From: Tolypothrix carrinoi HA7290-LM1
GTDB lineage: Bacteria > Cyanobacteriota > Cyanobacteriia > Cyanobacteriales > Nostocaceae
NCBI GenBank assembly: GCA_019358935.1
Contig: JAHHIK010000022.1
Location: forward strand, 1 to 64,000
Length of the DNA stretch: 64,000 nt
Direction of reading: 5' to 3'
Position numbers and translations under genes: made by a program. Every line of letters starts with the position of its first letter. Within the stretch, counting starts at the first letter, position 1. The notes under the pieces are model-generated. The model did no database searches and was not told the origin of the DNA. It saw only the letters and a list, made by a program, of their open reading frames with translations. This document shows, piece by piece, positions 10,520-20,067 of the stretch.

Positions 10520-11221
10520 TTAGCGTCCTTGGCGTCTTTGCGGTTCGTAACTCTTCACAACCCTACCAGCACCTCGCAATTGTTGATAATATGACTGACT
10601 AACCACGTCTCCCTGTTCCGTCAAACAGTCAATTGCAATACCATTTCGTCCCTTCTCTTTTCCAGAACTATGGATGTAGTAATTATCCGCCAAATAAAGT
10701 CCGACATGAGTCGCTTTTTGGGGAGTGCCAAAAAATACCAAATCACCCGCCTCTAGTTCTGCTGTACTAATTTGCTGAGTGAATTCTTCCTGCTGATAAG
10801 CGTCTCTAGGTAGCCAAATACCCACCGAAGCAAAAGCTGCCTGCATTAACCCCGAACAGTCGTAGTTTGGCGCTACCGTACCACCCCAGAGGTAATAATT
10901 TGCTTGTTGCATCGCTTTTTGCGTAAAAACAATCACCTCGGCGAGCAGTTTTTTTATCTGAGATTGAGAAAAAGCAGTAGCTTCATAAGGTAGAGTAGCA
11001 GATTGTAATAAACTCAAATCTGTCGGCGATACCCATCCTGGATAATCATCCTCACACAAACAGACCTGTAAAGACGCGACCGGTCGCGTCTCTACATTTG
11101 ATGTTATCCGCAAATGTCGCCCTACTGCGGCTTGAGTTGCCAAGCGCGTACATTCAGGAGAATCATATAAGTTTAGGTCAGCAAGACACTGATACTCGTC
11201 AGATTTTAGATTAAAGGACAT
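10520..11221 (-). CDS. NlpC/P60 (C40) peptidase with N-terminal SH3-like region
   Basis: YLWGG, YDCSGL, LPRDAYQQ, GDLVFF, HVGLY, YIHSS. Confidence 0.92.
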   Translation of the reverse strand: MSFNLKSDEYQCLADLNLYDSPECTRLATQAAVGRHLRITSNVETRPVASLQVCLCEDDYPGWVSPTDLSLLQSATLPYEATAFSQSQIKKLLAEVIVFTQKAMQQANYYLWGGTVAPNYDCSGLMQAAFASVGIWLPRDAYQQEEFTQQISTAELEAGDLVFFGTPQKATHVGLYLADNYYIHSSGKEKGRNGIAIDCLTEQGDVVSQSYYQQLRGAGRVVKSYEPQRRQGR

Positions 11222-11233
11222 TCTTCAAGAACA

Positions 11234-12175
11234 ATGATTTTTTTTAATCAAGACGAACAACTAGAAAATCTTGGGTTAGGCATTTTAGAGGCAACTTGGG
11301 CACAATTTCCCACTTTAGCCCGTAACCAAATTGCTCTGACTTGGATTGTCTACGATCCGCCGATACTTGTAAATACTGGTGGTGCTTTAACTCCAAATGC
11401 TTTTTGGAACCATTCTGTACGTGGTTTTACTTATCGTGGCGTTGAGCGAATTTATCCTGCGAGTGTGGTAAAGCTGTTTTACATGGTAGCGGTAAACGAA
11501 TGGCTGGAAAAGCAAATGCTTCAAACTTCCAAGGAATTGGAAAGAGCCACGCGAGATATGATAGTTGATTCTAGCAATGATGGTACCAGCTTGGTTATAG
11601 ATATGCTGAGTGGAACTACTTCCGGACCCGAATTATCGGCAGGACCATTTGAAACTTGGAAGCATCAGCGCAATATTGTTAACCGCTATATCAAGTCTTT
11701 GGGGTGGGAAGAATTAGAGACAATTAACGTTTGCCAAAAAACTTGGGGTGATGGTCCTTATGGACGCGAACGGGCATTTTATGGAGAAATGCTGGAGAAT
11801 CGCAACATGCTAACAACAAATGCCACCGCCAGATTATTGCATAGTATCGTTGGTGGAGTGGCAGTGTCTAGTGGGCGATCGCAAGCAATGATGGCTTTAC
11901 TCAAACGCAGTCTCAAGCCCGAAGATTTACCAACAGATGTTGAAGAAGACCAAATTACAGGCTTTTTAGGTAGTGGACTTCCCGAAAACGCGCAAATTTG
12001 GTCAAAAGCGGGTTGGACAAGTCAAGTTCGTCACGACGCAGCTTACATCGAGTTACAAGATTTGCGTCCCTATCTTTTAGTAGTATTTACAGAAGGCAAA
12101 GCACACGCAAAAAGCCGCGATATTTTGCCCTTTATTTCCCAACAGTTTGCTTTATCAATTAGCAATTTAGCATAG
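11234..12175 (+). CDS. Class A beta-lactamase-like serine hydrolase
   Basis: PASVVK (SxxK), SSNDG (SDN-like), KAGWT. Confidence 0.88.
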   Translation: MIFFNQDEQLENLGLGILEATWAQFPTLARNQIALTWIVYDPPILVNTGGALTPNAFWNHSVRGFTYRGVERIYPASVVKLFYMVAVNEWLEKQMLQTSKELERATRDMIVDSSNDGTSLVIDMLSGTTSGPELSAGPFETWKHQRNIVNRYIKSLGWEELETINVCQKTWGDGPYGRERAFYGEMLENRNMLTTNATARLLHSIVGGVAVSSGRSQAMMALLKRSLKPEDLPTDVEEDQITGFLGSGLPENAQIWSKAGWTSQVRHDAAYIELQDLRPYLLVVFTEGKAHAKSRDILPFISQQFALSISNLA

Positions 12176-12269
12176 CCTCGTAGGGGTGGGGTCTCCCCGC
12201 CCTTACTAAAAAGTTTATATAAATGAACTTGAGTCAAACTTTTCATCACCTATAACAACATTTTCAATT

Positions 12270-12431
12270 GCGTAGACGCTCTTAGCGGTGAAGCAGCGCT
12301 GCGGGAGGGGAGCCACTGCGTTGGACGGGTTCCCCGGCAGACGCGCATGTGGCGTTTTCCCTCGTGCCGGCTCTGCACCAAGCCGTTCGCGCAGCGTCTC
12401 CGTCAGGAGAAGGGCTTGTCGTAGACATCGC
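12270..12431. repeat. Nested small dispersed repeats inserted in a split HIP1 site
   Basis: GCG|TAGACGC...GTAGAC|ATCGC encloses GC-rich hairpin units (AGCCACTGCGTTGGACGGGTTCCCCGGC...; CCGTTCGCGCAGCGTCTCC...). Confidence 0.65.
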
Positions 12432-12444
12432 TCTTCATCTTGAT

Positions 12445-12459
12445 CAATACTATTTCTCA
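12445..12459. promoter_or_regulatory. Putative Fur box
   Basis: CAATACTATTTCTCA, 22 bp upstream of the AraC ATG. Confidence 0.4.
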
Positions 12460-12481
12460 ATAAGCAGTTGAGAGTATTACC

Positions 12482-13474
12482 ATGACCATTCGTCTAACCG
12501 ATACAGACTTTGGTGAATTGTCTAACTATGTGCAGCTTAATGACTGTCAGGGAAAAGTAGAATTGTCTACTTGGTTTGGTCAAAGCAGCAGTCACTGGAC
12601 TTTTCTTCGCCATAACCTTGAGCTAGCAATCCATGAAAGCGAGTATTCTGAAGCAGTGATTGTTGAAGGTGAACACGATGATTTGCCTTTTCTGACATCT
12701 AAATTTTTTCTGTCTGGTGGTATGAGAACCACTACGCCAAATGTGCCTGGTGTAAGTGACGATTACGAAGAAGTTGCAGGCTACAACTACTTATTTTACT
12801 TGCCTGATATTCGGGAGTTTGAGCATTTTGCTGCGAACCACCGCAAGCAGTGTATTAGCATTTATTGGTATCCTGATTTACTTTCTAGTTTCCAGGAAAG
12901 CTTTGAGGAATTGCCTGTTTTGCTCCAGCAGTTGATAGAAAATCCCACAAAGCAGCGGTTTCATCAGCCGTTAGGAGCCATCACACCTGCAATGCGGCTG
13001 GTACTTCAGCAAATATTGCAGTGTCCGTTCCGAGAAACACTCAGACAAATGTATTTAGAAGCAAAGGTGTTGGAACTACTAGTACTTCAGATTGCTCAGT
13101 GGGGGGAAAATAATCTCTTATTGCAGCGATCGCTCTTTTTTCGTCCCGATGAAATTGAACGTTTACATCACGCTAAAGCCATTCTAAATCAAAAGCTTCA
13201 GAATCCACCTTCTCTACTAAATCTAGCCAGACAAATCGGACTCAATGACTTTAAGCTCAAGCGTGGATTTCGAGAAGTTTTTGGCACTACGGTGTGTGGG
13301 TATGTGCAATCAAAGCGGCTAGAGCAGGCAAAACAGCTACTCCGAGGCACTAATTTAGCGATCGCAGAAATTGCTTATCAAGTGGGGTATGAAAGCACAA
13401 GTCATTTTGGCTACCTGTTTAAGCGGCAATTTGGCATCACTCCTAGAGAATATCGTCAGCACAAAGGCTTGTAG
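12482..13474 (+). CDS. AraC (PchR-like) transcriptional regulator
   Basis: YLEAKVLELL, PPSLLNLARQIGLNDFKLKRGF, IAYQVGYESTSHFGYLFKRQFGITP. Confidence 0.93.
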   Translation: MTIRLTDTDFGELSNYVQLNDCQGKVELSTWFGQSSSHWTFLRHNLELAIHESEYSEAVIVEGEHDDLPFLTSKFFLSGGMRTTTPNVPGVSDDYEEVAGYNYLFYLPDIREFEHFAANHRKQCISIYWYPDLLSSFQESFEELPVLLQQLIENPTKQRFHQPLGAITPAMRLVLQQILQCPFRETLRQMYLEAKVLELLVLQIAQWGENNLLLQRSLFFRPDEIERLHHAKAILNQKLQNPPSLLNLARQIGLNDFKLKRGFREVFGTTVCGYVQSKRLEQAKQLLRGTNLAIAEIAYQVGYESTSHFGYLFKRQFGITPREYRQHKGL

Positions 13475-13484
13475 CAAAAGGTAG

Positions 13485-13515
13485 ATCCCGATTCCGATAA
13501 AAAAAATCCGGTTTC
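13485..13515 (+). promoter_or_regulatory. Imperfect direct repeat ATCCCGATT / ATCCGGTTT (21-bp period), putative AraC operator
   Basis: Same position relative to the receptor gene as the 7412-7448 repeat; shares AAAAAAATCC. Confidence 0.45.
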
Positions 13516-13564
13516 AGATATATGCAAACATCCAAATTTTCGTATTCTCCTAAATAGAGTTACA

Positions 13565-13579
13565 TAATAATAATTCTCA
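13565..13579. promoter_or_regulatory. Putative Fur box
   Basis: TAATAATAATTCTCA upstream of the receptor start. Confidence 0.5.
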
Positions 13580-13624
13580 AATAGTAAGCTCTATTTTCAG
13601 AAATACGGTTGGGTGTGTGGAGTT

Positions 13625-16243
13625 ATGAAACTGTTGCGATCGTTTTTTATTTCCTGTTTTCTTATTGCTGTCGTCATACAACCAACTCAGGCAAAGGAAG
13701 TTACTAAAATTCCTCGCGTGCAAGAGCTAGACCGTGCAAGAACAGTGAAACAATGGTTGGCTCAGATAGAACAAGACAAGCAAACAAAACAAACTGAAGT
13801 TGTGCAAGTTACCTCAGTTAAGGCAAATCCCACTGATAAGGGTGTGGAGGTGATTTTACAGACATCCATTGGTGAACAGTTGCAAATCACTAATCGCAGT
13901 ACTGGTAATAATTTTATTGCTGATATTCCCAATGCTCAACTGCGTTTACCCAACGGTGATGCGTTCACATTCCGCTCTACTAAACCAATTGCAGGTATTG
14001 CTGAGATAACAGTTACTAACTTTGATGCCAATACTATCCGAGTGACAGTTATAGGTGAGGGGAGTGTACCAACAGTCGAATTGTTTGACAGTCCCAACGA
14101 GGGTATAATCTTCTCTGTGGCTAGTGCAGCATCCAAAGCGCCAACACAGCAGCCACCGCAAACCCCACCAACTCCCTCTCAACAAAAGCCAGAAAGTCAA
14201 ACACAGCCAAACCAACCATCTGCACAAGATGATGAACCGATTGAGTTGGTAGTAACGGGTGAACAAGACGGATATAGTGTACCAGATGCATCGACTGCTA
14301 CAAGAACTGATACCCCAACCCGTGACATTCCCCAGTCGATTCAAGTTATCCCCCAACAAGTCATCAAAGATCAGCAAATTACCCGGATTAGCGATGCTGC
14401 ACGGAATGTCAGTGGTGTGACTCCGCAAGGGGGCTATGCTGGGGCTACAGATAATTACAACATTCGGGGATTCACAACTTATGACAACTTGAGAAACGGT
14501 TTTTACGCTCAGGACAACTTTGTGAATCCGACTAACATTGAGCGGATCGAAGTTCTCAAGGGTCCGGCTTCAGTGCTGTATGGACAGTTTGAGCCGGGAG
14601 GTGTGGTGAATTACATTACCAAACAACCACTCAGCGAGCCTTATTACTCCGCTGAATTTACAGCCGGAAGTTTTAGCACTTATCGTCCCTCGATTGATAT
14701 TTCCGGACCGCTTAACTCAGATAAAACGTTGCTGTACCGTCTGAATGCTGCATACGAGAACTCTGGTAGTTTTATCGATTTTGTCGATCAGGAAGTATTC
14801 GCGATCGCACCAGCACTGAGCTACAAAATTGGTGATGCGACAACACTGACCCTGGAGTATGAATATCTCAATGTTGATCGCACCTATTATGATGGTCTTC
14901 CGCCCGATCCAAACATTTTCAAAGCTCCGATCGGTCGTTTCCTGGGGGAACCAGGCGATCGTTTCTCCAAAGAGACACACTCTGTATTTCTGAACGTCAA
15001 TCATCGCTTCAGTGAAAACATCCGGCTCCGCAGTGGCTTTTCCGTTACGCTTGATGATTCTGAGGAGTCAGAGTTTCGACCGAATCGCATTGATTTAGAT
15101 GGTCGTACCGTGCAGCGAAGGTTTGCCGCAGGTCCGGGTTATTTACAAAACTATTCTCTGCAAAACGATCTAATCGGTAATTTCAGTACCGGTTCCATCC
15201 AACATCAAGTTCTTCTGGGGTTGGAGTGGAATAAATATATCTATGGCTACGATTATCTCCGAAGTTCTGTTTCACTGACTCCCAGTATTGATTTATTCAA
15301 TCCTGTGTATGGCGCTTCCCAGCCACCAGAGTTTGATGAGGGAGCATCAAGGGATCGTTATGACCGCAATACGATCGCCCTTTATCTGCAAGATCAAGTT
15401 ACATTGCTGCCAAATCTGAAGCTATTGGTGGGCGGCAGGTATGACTTTGTTCACCGCAAAAATCGCTTTCAACCGCTGGATTCTTTCGGTAGAGAACCGA
15501 TTGATGATGCTACAGTTGAGCGGCTTTATGATGAGGCTTTTTCACCTCGCGTTGGCATTGTTTATCAGCCCCTACCGCCGATTTCAATTTACGCCAGCTA
15601 CAGCCGCTCGTTTAATCCCAGCTCCTCGCGGACGGTAGATGGAAATCTACTGCCACCAGAGCGCGGTACTCAGTATGAAGTGGGAGTCAAAGCGGAACTG
15701 ATTAAAGACAGGCTATCCGCTACCTTTGCCGCCTATGATATCACCAAGGAAAATGTCGCTACAACCGATCCCAGTAACTCTGACTATTCCATCGCTATAG
15801 GAGAGGTGAAAAGTCGCGGTTTGGAATTTGACCTTTCTGGGCAGATTCTACCAGGCTGGAATGTGATTGCATCCTACTTCGTCAACGATGCTTTTGTAAG
15901 TGTAGGTGACGAAAATAACCCTGAAGGCGACTCTCTTGTAAATGCTCCTGGTGCTGGAGGTAGTCTGTGGACAACTTATGAAATTCAAAACGGTGGTATG
16001 AGAGGATTAGGGTTTGGTGGGGGAGTATTTTATACAGGCGATCGCGAAGCTCAACTCCCCAACACGTTCAAAATCCCCTCCTATGTGCGTGCTGATGCCA
16101 CCATTTTTTACAAACGCGATAACTGGAGGGTTGGGCTGAACTTTAAGAATCTTTTTAGTACTCAGTATTACGATTCTCAAGGCTACTATCTGCGTCCTGG
16201 TGCGCCGTTGACTGTTCTGGGAACGATTTCCGTGCAGTTTTGA
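13625..16243 (+). CDS. AMIN-domain TonB-dependent siderophore receptor
   Basis: Signal peptide, AMIN domain, IELVVTG TonB-box region, ERIEVLKGPASVLYG plug, C-terminal barrel ending in ...ISVQF. Confidence 0.95.
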   Translation: MKLLRSFFISCFLIAVVIQPTQAKEVTKIPRVQELDRARTVKQWLAQIEQDKQTKQTEVVQVTSVKANPTDKGVEVILQTSIGEQLQITNRSTGNNFIADIPNAQLRLPNGDAFTFRSTKPIAGIAEITVTNFDANTIRVTVIGEGSVPTVELFDSPNEGIIFSVASAASKAPTQQPPQTPPTPSQQKPESQTQPNQPSAQDDEPIELVVTGEQDGYSVPDASTATRTDTPTRDIPQSIQVIPQQVIKDQQITRISDAARNVSGVTPQGGYAGATDNYNIRGFTTYDNLRNGFYAQDNFVNPTNIERIEVLKGPASVLYGQFEPGGVVNYITKQPLSEPYYSAEFTAGSFSTYRPSIDISGPLNSDKTLLYRLNAAYENSGSFIDFVDQEVFAIAPALSYKIGDATTLTLEYEYLNVDRTYYDGLPPDPNIFKAPIGRFLGEPGDRFSKETHSVFLNVNHRFSENIRLRSGFSVTLDDSEESEFRPNRIDLDGRTVQRRFAAGPGYLQNYSLQNDLIGNFSTGSIQHQVLLGLEWNKYIYGYDYLRSSVSLTPSIDLFNPVYGASQPPEFDEGASRDRYDRNTIALYLQDQVTLLPNLKLLVGGRYDFVHRKNRFQPLDSFGREPIDDATVERLYDEAFSPRVGIVYQPLPPISIYASYSRSFNPSSSRTVDGNLLPPERGTQYEVGVKAELIKDRLSATFAAYDITKENVATTDPSNSDYSIAIGEVKSRGLEFDLSGQILPGWNVIASYFVNDAFVSVGDENNPEGDSLVNAPGAGGSLWTTYEIQNGGMRGLGFGGGVFYTGDREAQLPNTFKIPSYVRADATIFYKRDNWRVGLNFKNLFSTQYYDSQGYYLRPGAPLTVLGTISVQF

Positions 16244-16330
16244 CCTTGCAAAGGGAAAGGAGCATCGGGACTTCCCGATGGTGCATCTGAGAGATTAAAG
16301 AAGGTAAAAAATCCAACTAGGGAGTACATC

Positions 16331-17464
16331 GTGAACCGGAAAAAACTACGTGATATCGTTTTTTACCTGCACCAATATATTGGTTTTTTTGTTGGACTGG
16401 TGCTGGTTATCGTTGGCTTGACAGGTAGCTTGTTAGTGTTCGAGCAAGATTTTGACCACTTTATGATTGCTCAACAGTATGGAATTATTACGCCCCAACA
16501 GGTGCAGTTATCTCCAGAGTCTGTGGTGAATACAATTGAGGCGAAATATGCGGCGCGAGGCGATCTCCATCTTTTTCGGATTTATTTGCCAGATACTCCT
16601 TCTTCTCCCTACGTGGGGCAGTTGTCATCAACTGATGAGCAAAGGACAGAAGTTTTTGTCAACCCTTATACAGGCAAAATTATCGGTGAGCGTATATCGG
16701 ATAAAACTCTAATTGGTATGCTCCTTGAACTGCACTACAGCCTAATGGCAGGCGAAACCGGAACTATAATTGTTGGCATTGCTGCCTTTCTAATGTGTAT
16801 ACTCACCATCACAGGTTTAGTTCTCTGGCCCGGTTGGCGTAAGCTAATTGCAGGCTTCAAAATCAAGCTTGATGCTCATCCCCAAAGGGCGAACTTTGAC
16901 ATTCACAAAGTGGCTGGCATTATCACTGTGGTTTTTTTATTCTTTACTGGCTTTACGGGCTTTTGCTGGAACTTCTACGATTTGACTGAGCCTCTGATCT
17001 ACGCTGTTACATTCACCCCAAAACCATCCGAGCTAGTATCCAAGCCAATTCCTGGTAAATCGACCTTAAAACTAACACAACAACTGAAAATTGCCGATGC
17101 TGCCTTACCAGGTGCTGTTACCAAAAGCATTTATTTTCCCAAGTTACCAGAAGATGCTCTACAAATTCGCATGAAGCTACCGCAGGAAAGTTCAGATTAC
17201 GGTAATAGTAATGTTTATCTCGACCAGTACAGTGGTGAGGTTTTGCGAGTTGATAATGCTTTAAAGATGCGGTTGGGCGATCGCGTCCTCAATTCTTTTA
17301 CTCCCCTACACTATGGTACATTTGGTGGCTTACCTACTCGCATTCTCTACGTGTTTGTGGGACTTGCACCACTGATTTTGTTTCTCACTGGCTTTCTAAT
17401 GTACTGGTATCGGTATTGGACAAAACGTCATACAAAAAATAACATTTATACAACTTCAAATTGA
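16331..17464 (+). CDS. PepSY-associated TM helix protein (iron-regulated membrane protein)
   Basis: LHQYIG, VFVNPYTG, LHYSL, DIHKVAG, LHYGTFGG. Confidence 0.93.
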   Translation: MNRKKLRDIVFYLHQYIGFFVGLVLVIVGLTGSLLVFEQDFDHFMIAQQYGIITPQQVQLSPESVVNTIEAKYAARGDLHLFRIYLPDTPSSPYVGQLSSTDEQRTEVFVNPYTGKIIGERISDKTLIGMLLELHYSLMAGETGTIIVGIAAFLMCILTITGLVLWPGWRKLIAGFKIKLDAHPQRANFDIHKVAGIITVVFLFFTGFTGFCWNFYDLTEPLIYAVTFTPKPSELVSKPIPGKSTLKLTQQLKIADAALPGAVTKSIYFPKLPEDALQIRMKLPQESSDYGNSNVYLDQYSGEVLRVDNALKMRLGDRVLNSFTPLHYGTFGGLPTRILYVFVGLAPLILFLTGFLMYWYRYWTKRHTKNNIYTTSN

Positions 17465-17546
17465 CGCTCTATAAATTGGCATTACACCACAATTCACGCA
17501 TTCATTAAATTACAGAGCGTATTTGCAAGAACTTGGAAGAGTGAAG

Positions 17547-18332
17547 CTAAAGATTCATAGCGATCGCTTCCACATCTTCTACAGAAAGGGACAAAGCATC
17601 AGCCACTTGTTCTCGGTTTAATCCCATACTCAGTAGTCGAGGTACTGCTTGTTGCAGGCGTTGTTGTGCAGCTTGGGCTTGTTGTTGTGCAGCTTGGGCT
17701 TGTTGTTCTGCGGCTTGGGCTTGTTGTTGTGCGGCTTGCGATCGTGCCATTAATTCCCCAAATGTCATAAAAGGCTGACCATCTGGATATGAAAGTTGCC
17801 ACTGTTCACCGGAGACATCAAAATTAATTTGCAGCCGTGGACTCACCCATTTTTCACCAAAATCTACCCAGTCTAAACCATACTCACCCCGTAACCAAAC
17901 TTGTAGTTCATTATTTGCTGGGTCATATATATAGTATTCTTCGACACCGTATTGACTGTAGAACAGCAACTTACGATCCATTTCTACTGATGTGTTGACT
18001 GGGGAGAGAATTTCAAACACTACTTGGGGCGGTTGGTTTCCTTCTTCCCACTGCTTATAAGAAGATCGACGACCTTTGGGACGATTAAGGGCAACCATTA
18101 CATCGGGTGCATATTTAATCTTGTTGTTGCCTTCGATGGGATACCAGAACAAATCACCAGCGATGAAAACATTGGGATTATCTGCAAAGAGAATATCTAA
18201 ATTACCTTTAATTAGTACGATAATTTCAAAGTGTTCTGTATTATTTGCCATCGGCTGACCATCAGATTCAGGATAGAAAATCTCCGAAGGCGCTGAAGAT
18301 TCAATTTGGGAAACCATCGCTGTTACCTCCAC
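17547..18332 (-). CDS. Uma2 (DUF820) family endonuclease-fold protein with a Q/A-rich coiled-coil tail
   Basis: YPESDGQPMA, APDVMV, PPQVVFEILS, YGVEEYYIYDP; 21-bp repeats encoding AQQQAQA. Confidence 0.92.
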   Translation of the reverse strand: MEVTAMVSQIESSAPSEIFYPESDGQPMANNTEHFEIIVLIKGNLDILFADNPNVFIAGDLFWYPIEGNNKIKYAPDVMVALNRPKGRRSSYKQWEEGNQPPQVVFEILSPVNTSVEMDRKLLFYSQYGVEEYYIYDPANNELQVWLRGEYGLDWVDFGEKWVSPRLQINFDVSGEQWQLSYPDGQPFMTFGELMARSQAAQQQAQAAEQQAQAAQQQAQAAQQRLQQAVPRLLSMGLNREQVADALSLSVEDVEAIAMNL

Positions 18333-18451
18333 TCGTATTTCTATTTTAGGCGATCGCGCTAATTCGTAACGAAATTTATAACAAAAACTCTGCGTTACTT
18401 TGCGCTTACCTCAGCGTCCCTCTGCGTTGAAAAAAGCTATGATTAGCACCT

Positions 18452-19756
18452 TCACATCCTACCCAATCTCGGAAAAACAAAAATTGTTGCCCAAAATGTA
18501 AATATCGGCAAACAAATCAAATGAACTAATAAAACCGATGTCGCTATCCCGAAAACTTGCCCATGAACTCCTATTAATAACGCAGCAGCAAATATGCCAG
18601 TAAATATAATATTCCAACGCAAATCTAAGTTAGGTTTACCAATAGCTACTAACAACTGAGAAGCAGCATCCGCAAAAGGTCGAGAAATTGCCGATAAACA
18701 AATCATTATCAAAACTGGAATCGCAGGTAGCCACTTTTGACCAAAAACAATTGGCACATAAAAAGGAGCCAAGCTAGCTTGTAATAACACAAAAGGAATA
18801 ATAATATAGCTAATAGTTTTGAGGCTGCTAAAATAGCGTTTCTTAAACTCAAACCAATCAGAACGAGCCGCACACAAATGAGGTAAAATAGCTGAACTAA
18901 CGGCATTGATAATACTTAAACTAATGCCTAAACCAGCGTTAAAGCCAAAGAAGTATATACCCAGTTCTTTAATGCCGATGAAGCGTCCAACTATGAGATA
19001 ATCTAAGTTATTTCTGAGAGTTTTGAGTAAACCAACACCGAGCAAGTTTTTACCAAAGCTGAAAATTTCGCCCCAGTGCTTGGTGGTGAATTTAGAGTGC
19101 GATCGCCAATCGTGAAAATAATAGTATATGATTAGCTCCAGCGGTGCCACCAAAAACGCTGGCAGCACAAAAGACCACACACCCATCCCCGCAACCGCTA
19201 ATATAGCAGAAAATATACTTGCAAACGAGTTTTGTAAGCTGTCAGTTACAGCGATAATTTTTAAGCGATTTTCTCTTTGAATTAAAGTCTTTTGGATAGC
19301 CGAGACGGGCCAAATTAAATAAACAAGTCCTGATACAATAATTGGCAAAAGAATCTGATTATTTTTATAAAACCAAGAAATCGGAAAAGCGGCAAGACTC
19401 TGGATGAAAAATAAACTAATAAAAATCATCCAGTTTAACCAGTATGCAGAATTGCATAAAACCTCTAATTCTTTTTCTTCAGCTTGAATAATTTTTGCGC
19501 CAATACCGACGTTAGTAAACGTCAAGGTAAACTCCCGAACTGTCATCACAATTGCCCCTAAACCGTAGTCGTAAGGAGTCAAAAAACGAGCAATGATGAC
19601 TACCAATCCTAAACGCAAGACTCTGTAGACGATTTCTGTTATACCTAGCCAGCTAAGATTGCGTAGAAACTGGCTAGACAGTTTTTCTTGAAGTCGATTA
19701 ATTAATGAGTCAAGAAAATTCGGTTTCTGTAGATGCCGCTTATTAATGAATGTCAT
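18452..19756 (-). CDS. Wzx polysaccharide flippase
   Basis: ARFLTPYDYG, GVWSFV, NLDYLIVGRFIG, multiple TM helices. Confidence 0.9.
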   Translation of the reverse strand: MTFINKRHLQKPNFLDSLINRLQEKLSSQFLRNLSWLGITEIVYRVLRLGLVVIIARFLTPYDYGLGAIVMTVREFTLTFTNVGIGAKIIQAEEKELEVLCNSAYWLNWMIFISLFFIQSLAAFPISWFYKNNQILLPIIVSGLVYLIWPVSAIQKTLIQRENRLKIIAVTDSLQNSFASIFSAILAVAGMGVWSFVLPAFLVAPLELIIYYYFHDWRSHSKFTTKHWGEIFSFGKNLLGVGLLKTLRNNLDYLIVGRFIGIKELGIYFFGFNAGLGISLSIINAVSSAILPHLCAARSDWFEFKKRYFSSLKTISYIIIPFVLLQASLAPFYVPIVFGQKWLPAIPVLIMICLSAISRPFADAASQLLVAIGKPNLDLRWNIIFTGIFAAALLIGVHGQVFGIATSVLLVHLICLPIFTFWATIFVFPRLGRM

Positions 19757-19787
19757 ATTCTAGTACATGAAAGCAGAGGATATTATT

Positions 19788-19973
19788 CAGGACTTACGCA
19801 TAATTATGGAAAAACGAACCGCAGAGTACACAGAGAAGCCAGCGCGTTGCGGAGCCAGTGCTGTGCGGAGGTTCCCTCCGTTGAGGCACCTGGCGTTGGG
19901 GTTCCCCCCGTTGTAGCGACTGGCGCAACACAGAGGAATAAGAGTTTGGGAGGTCTAACAGCGCTCATTCCTG
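19788..19973. mobile_element. MITE-like repeat carrying nested small dispersed repeats
   Basis: Ends CAGGACTTACGC / GCGCTCATTCCTG (degenerate IR); an AGCCAG...CTGGCG unit (19837-19925) contains a second copy of the same unit (19853-19897). Confidence 0.55.
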
Positions 19974-19982
19974 TTATCCCAA

Positions 19983-20063
19983 TCGTAGTGAGCGCTACTC
20001 TACGGGAAAGCTCCGCGCTTCAGCGCTCAGGCAAAAACTTTTAAGGGCTGAAGCCCTTACTAA
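19983..20063. repeat. GTAG-type REP-like palindromic element (related copies at 25388-25435, 34771-34828, 45472-45523)
   Basis: CGTAGT(A/G)AGCG...palindromes...TTACTA(C) architecture recurs at four gene ends. Confidence 0.6.
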
Positions 20064-20067
20064 AGTA

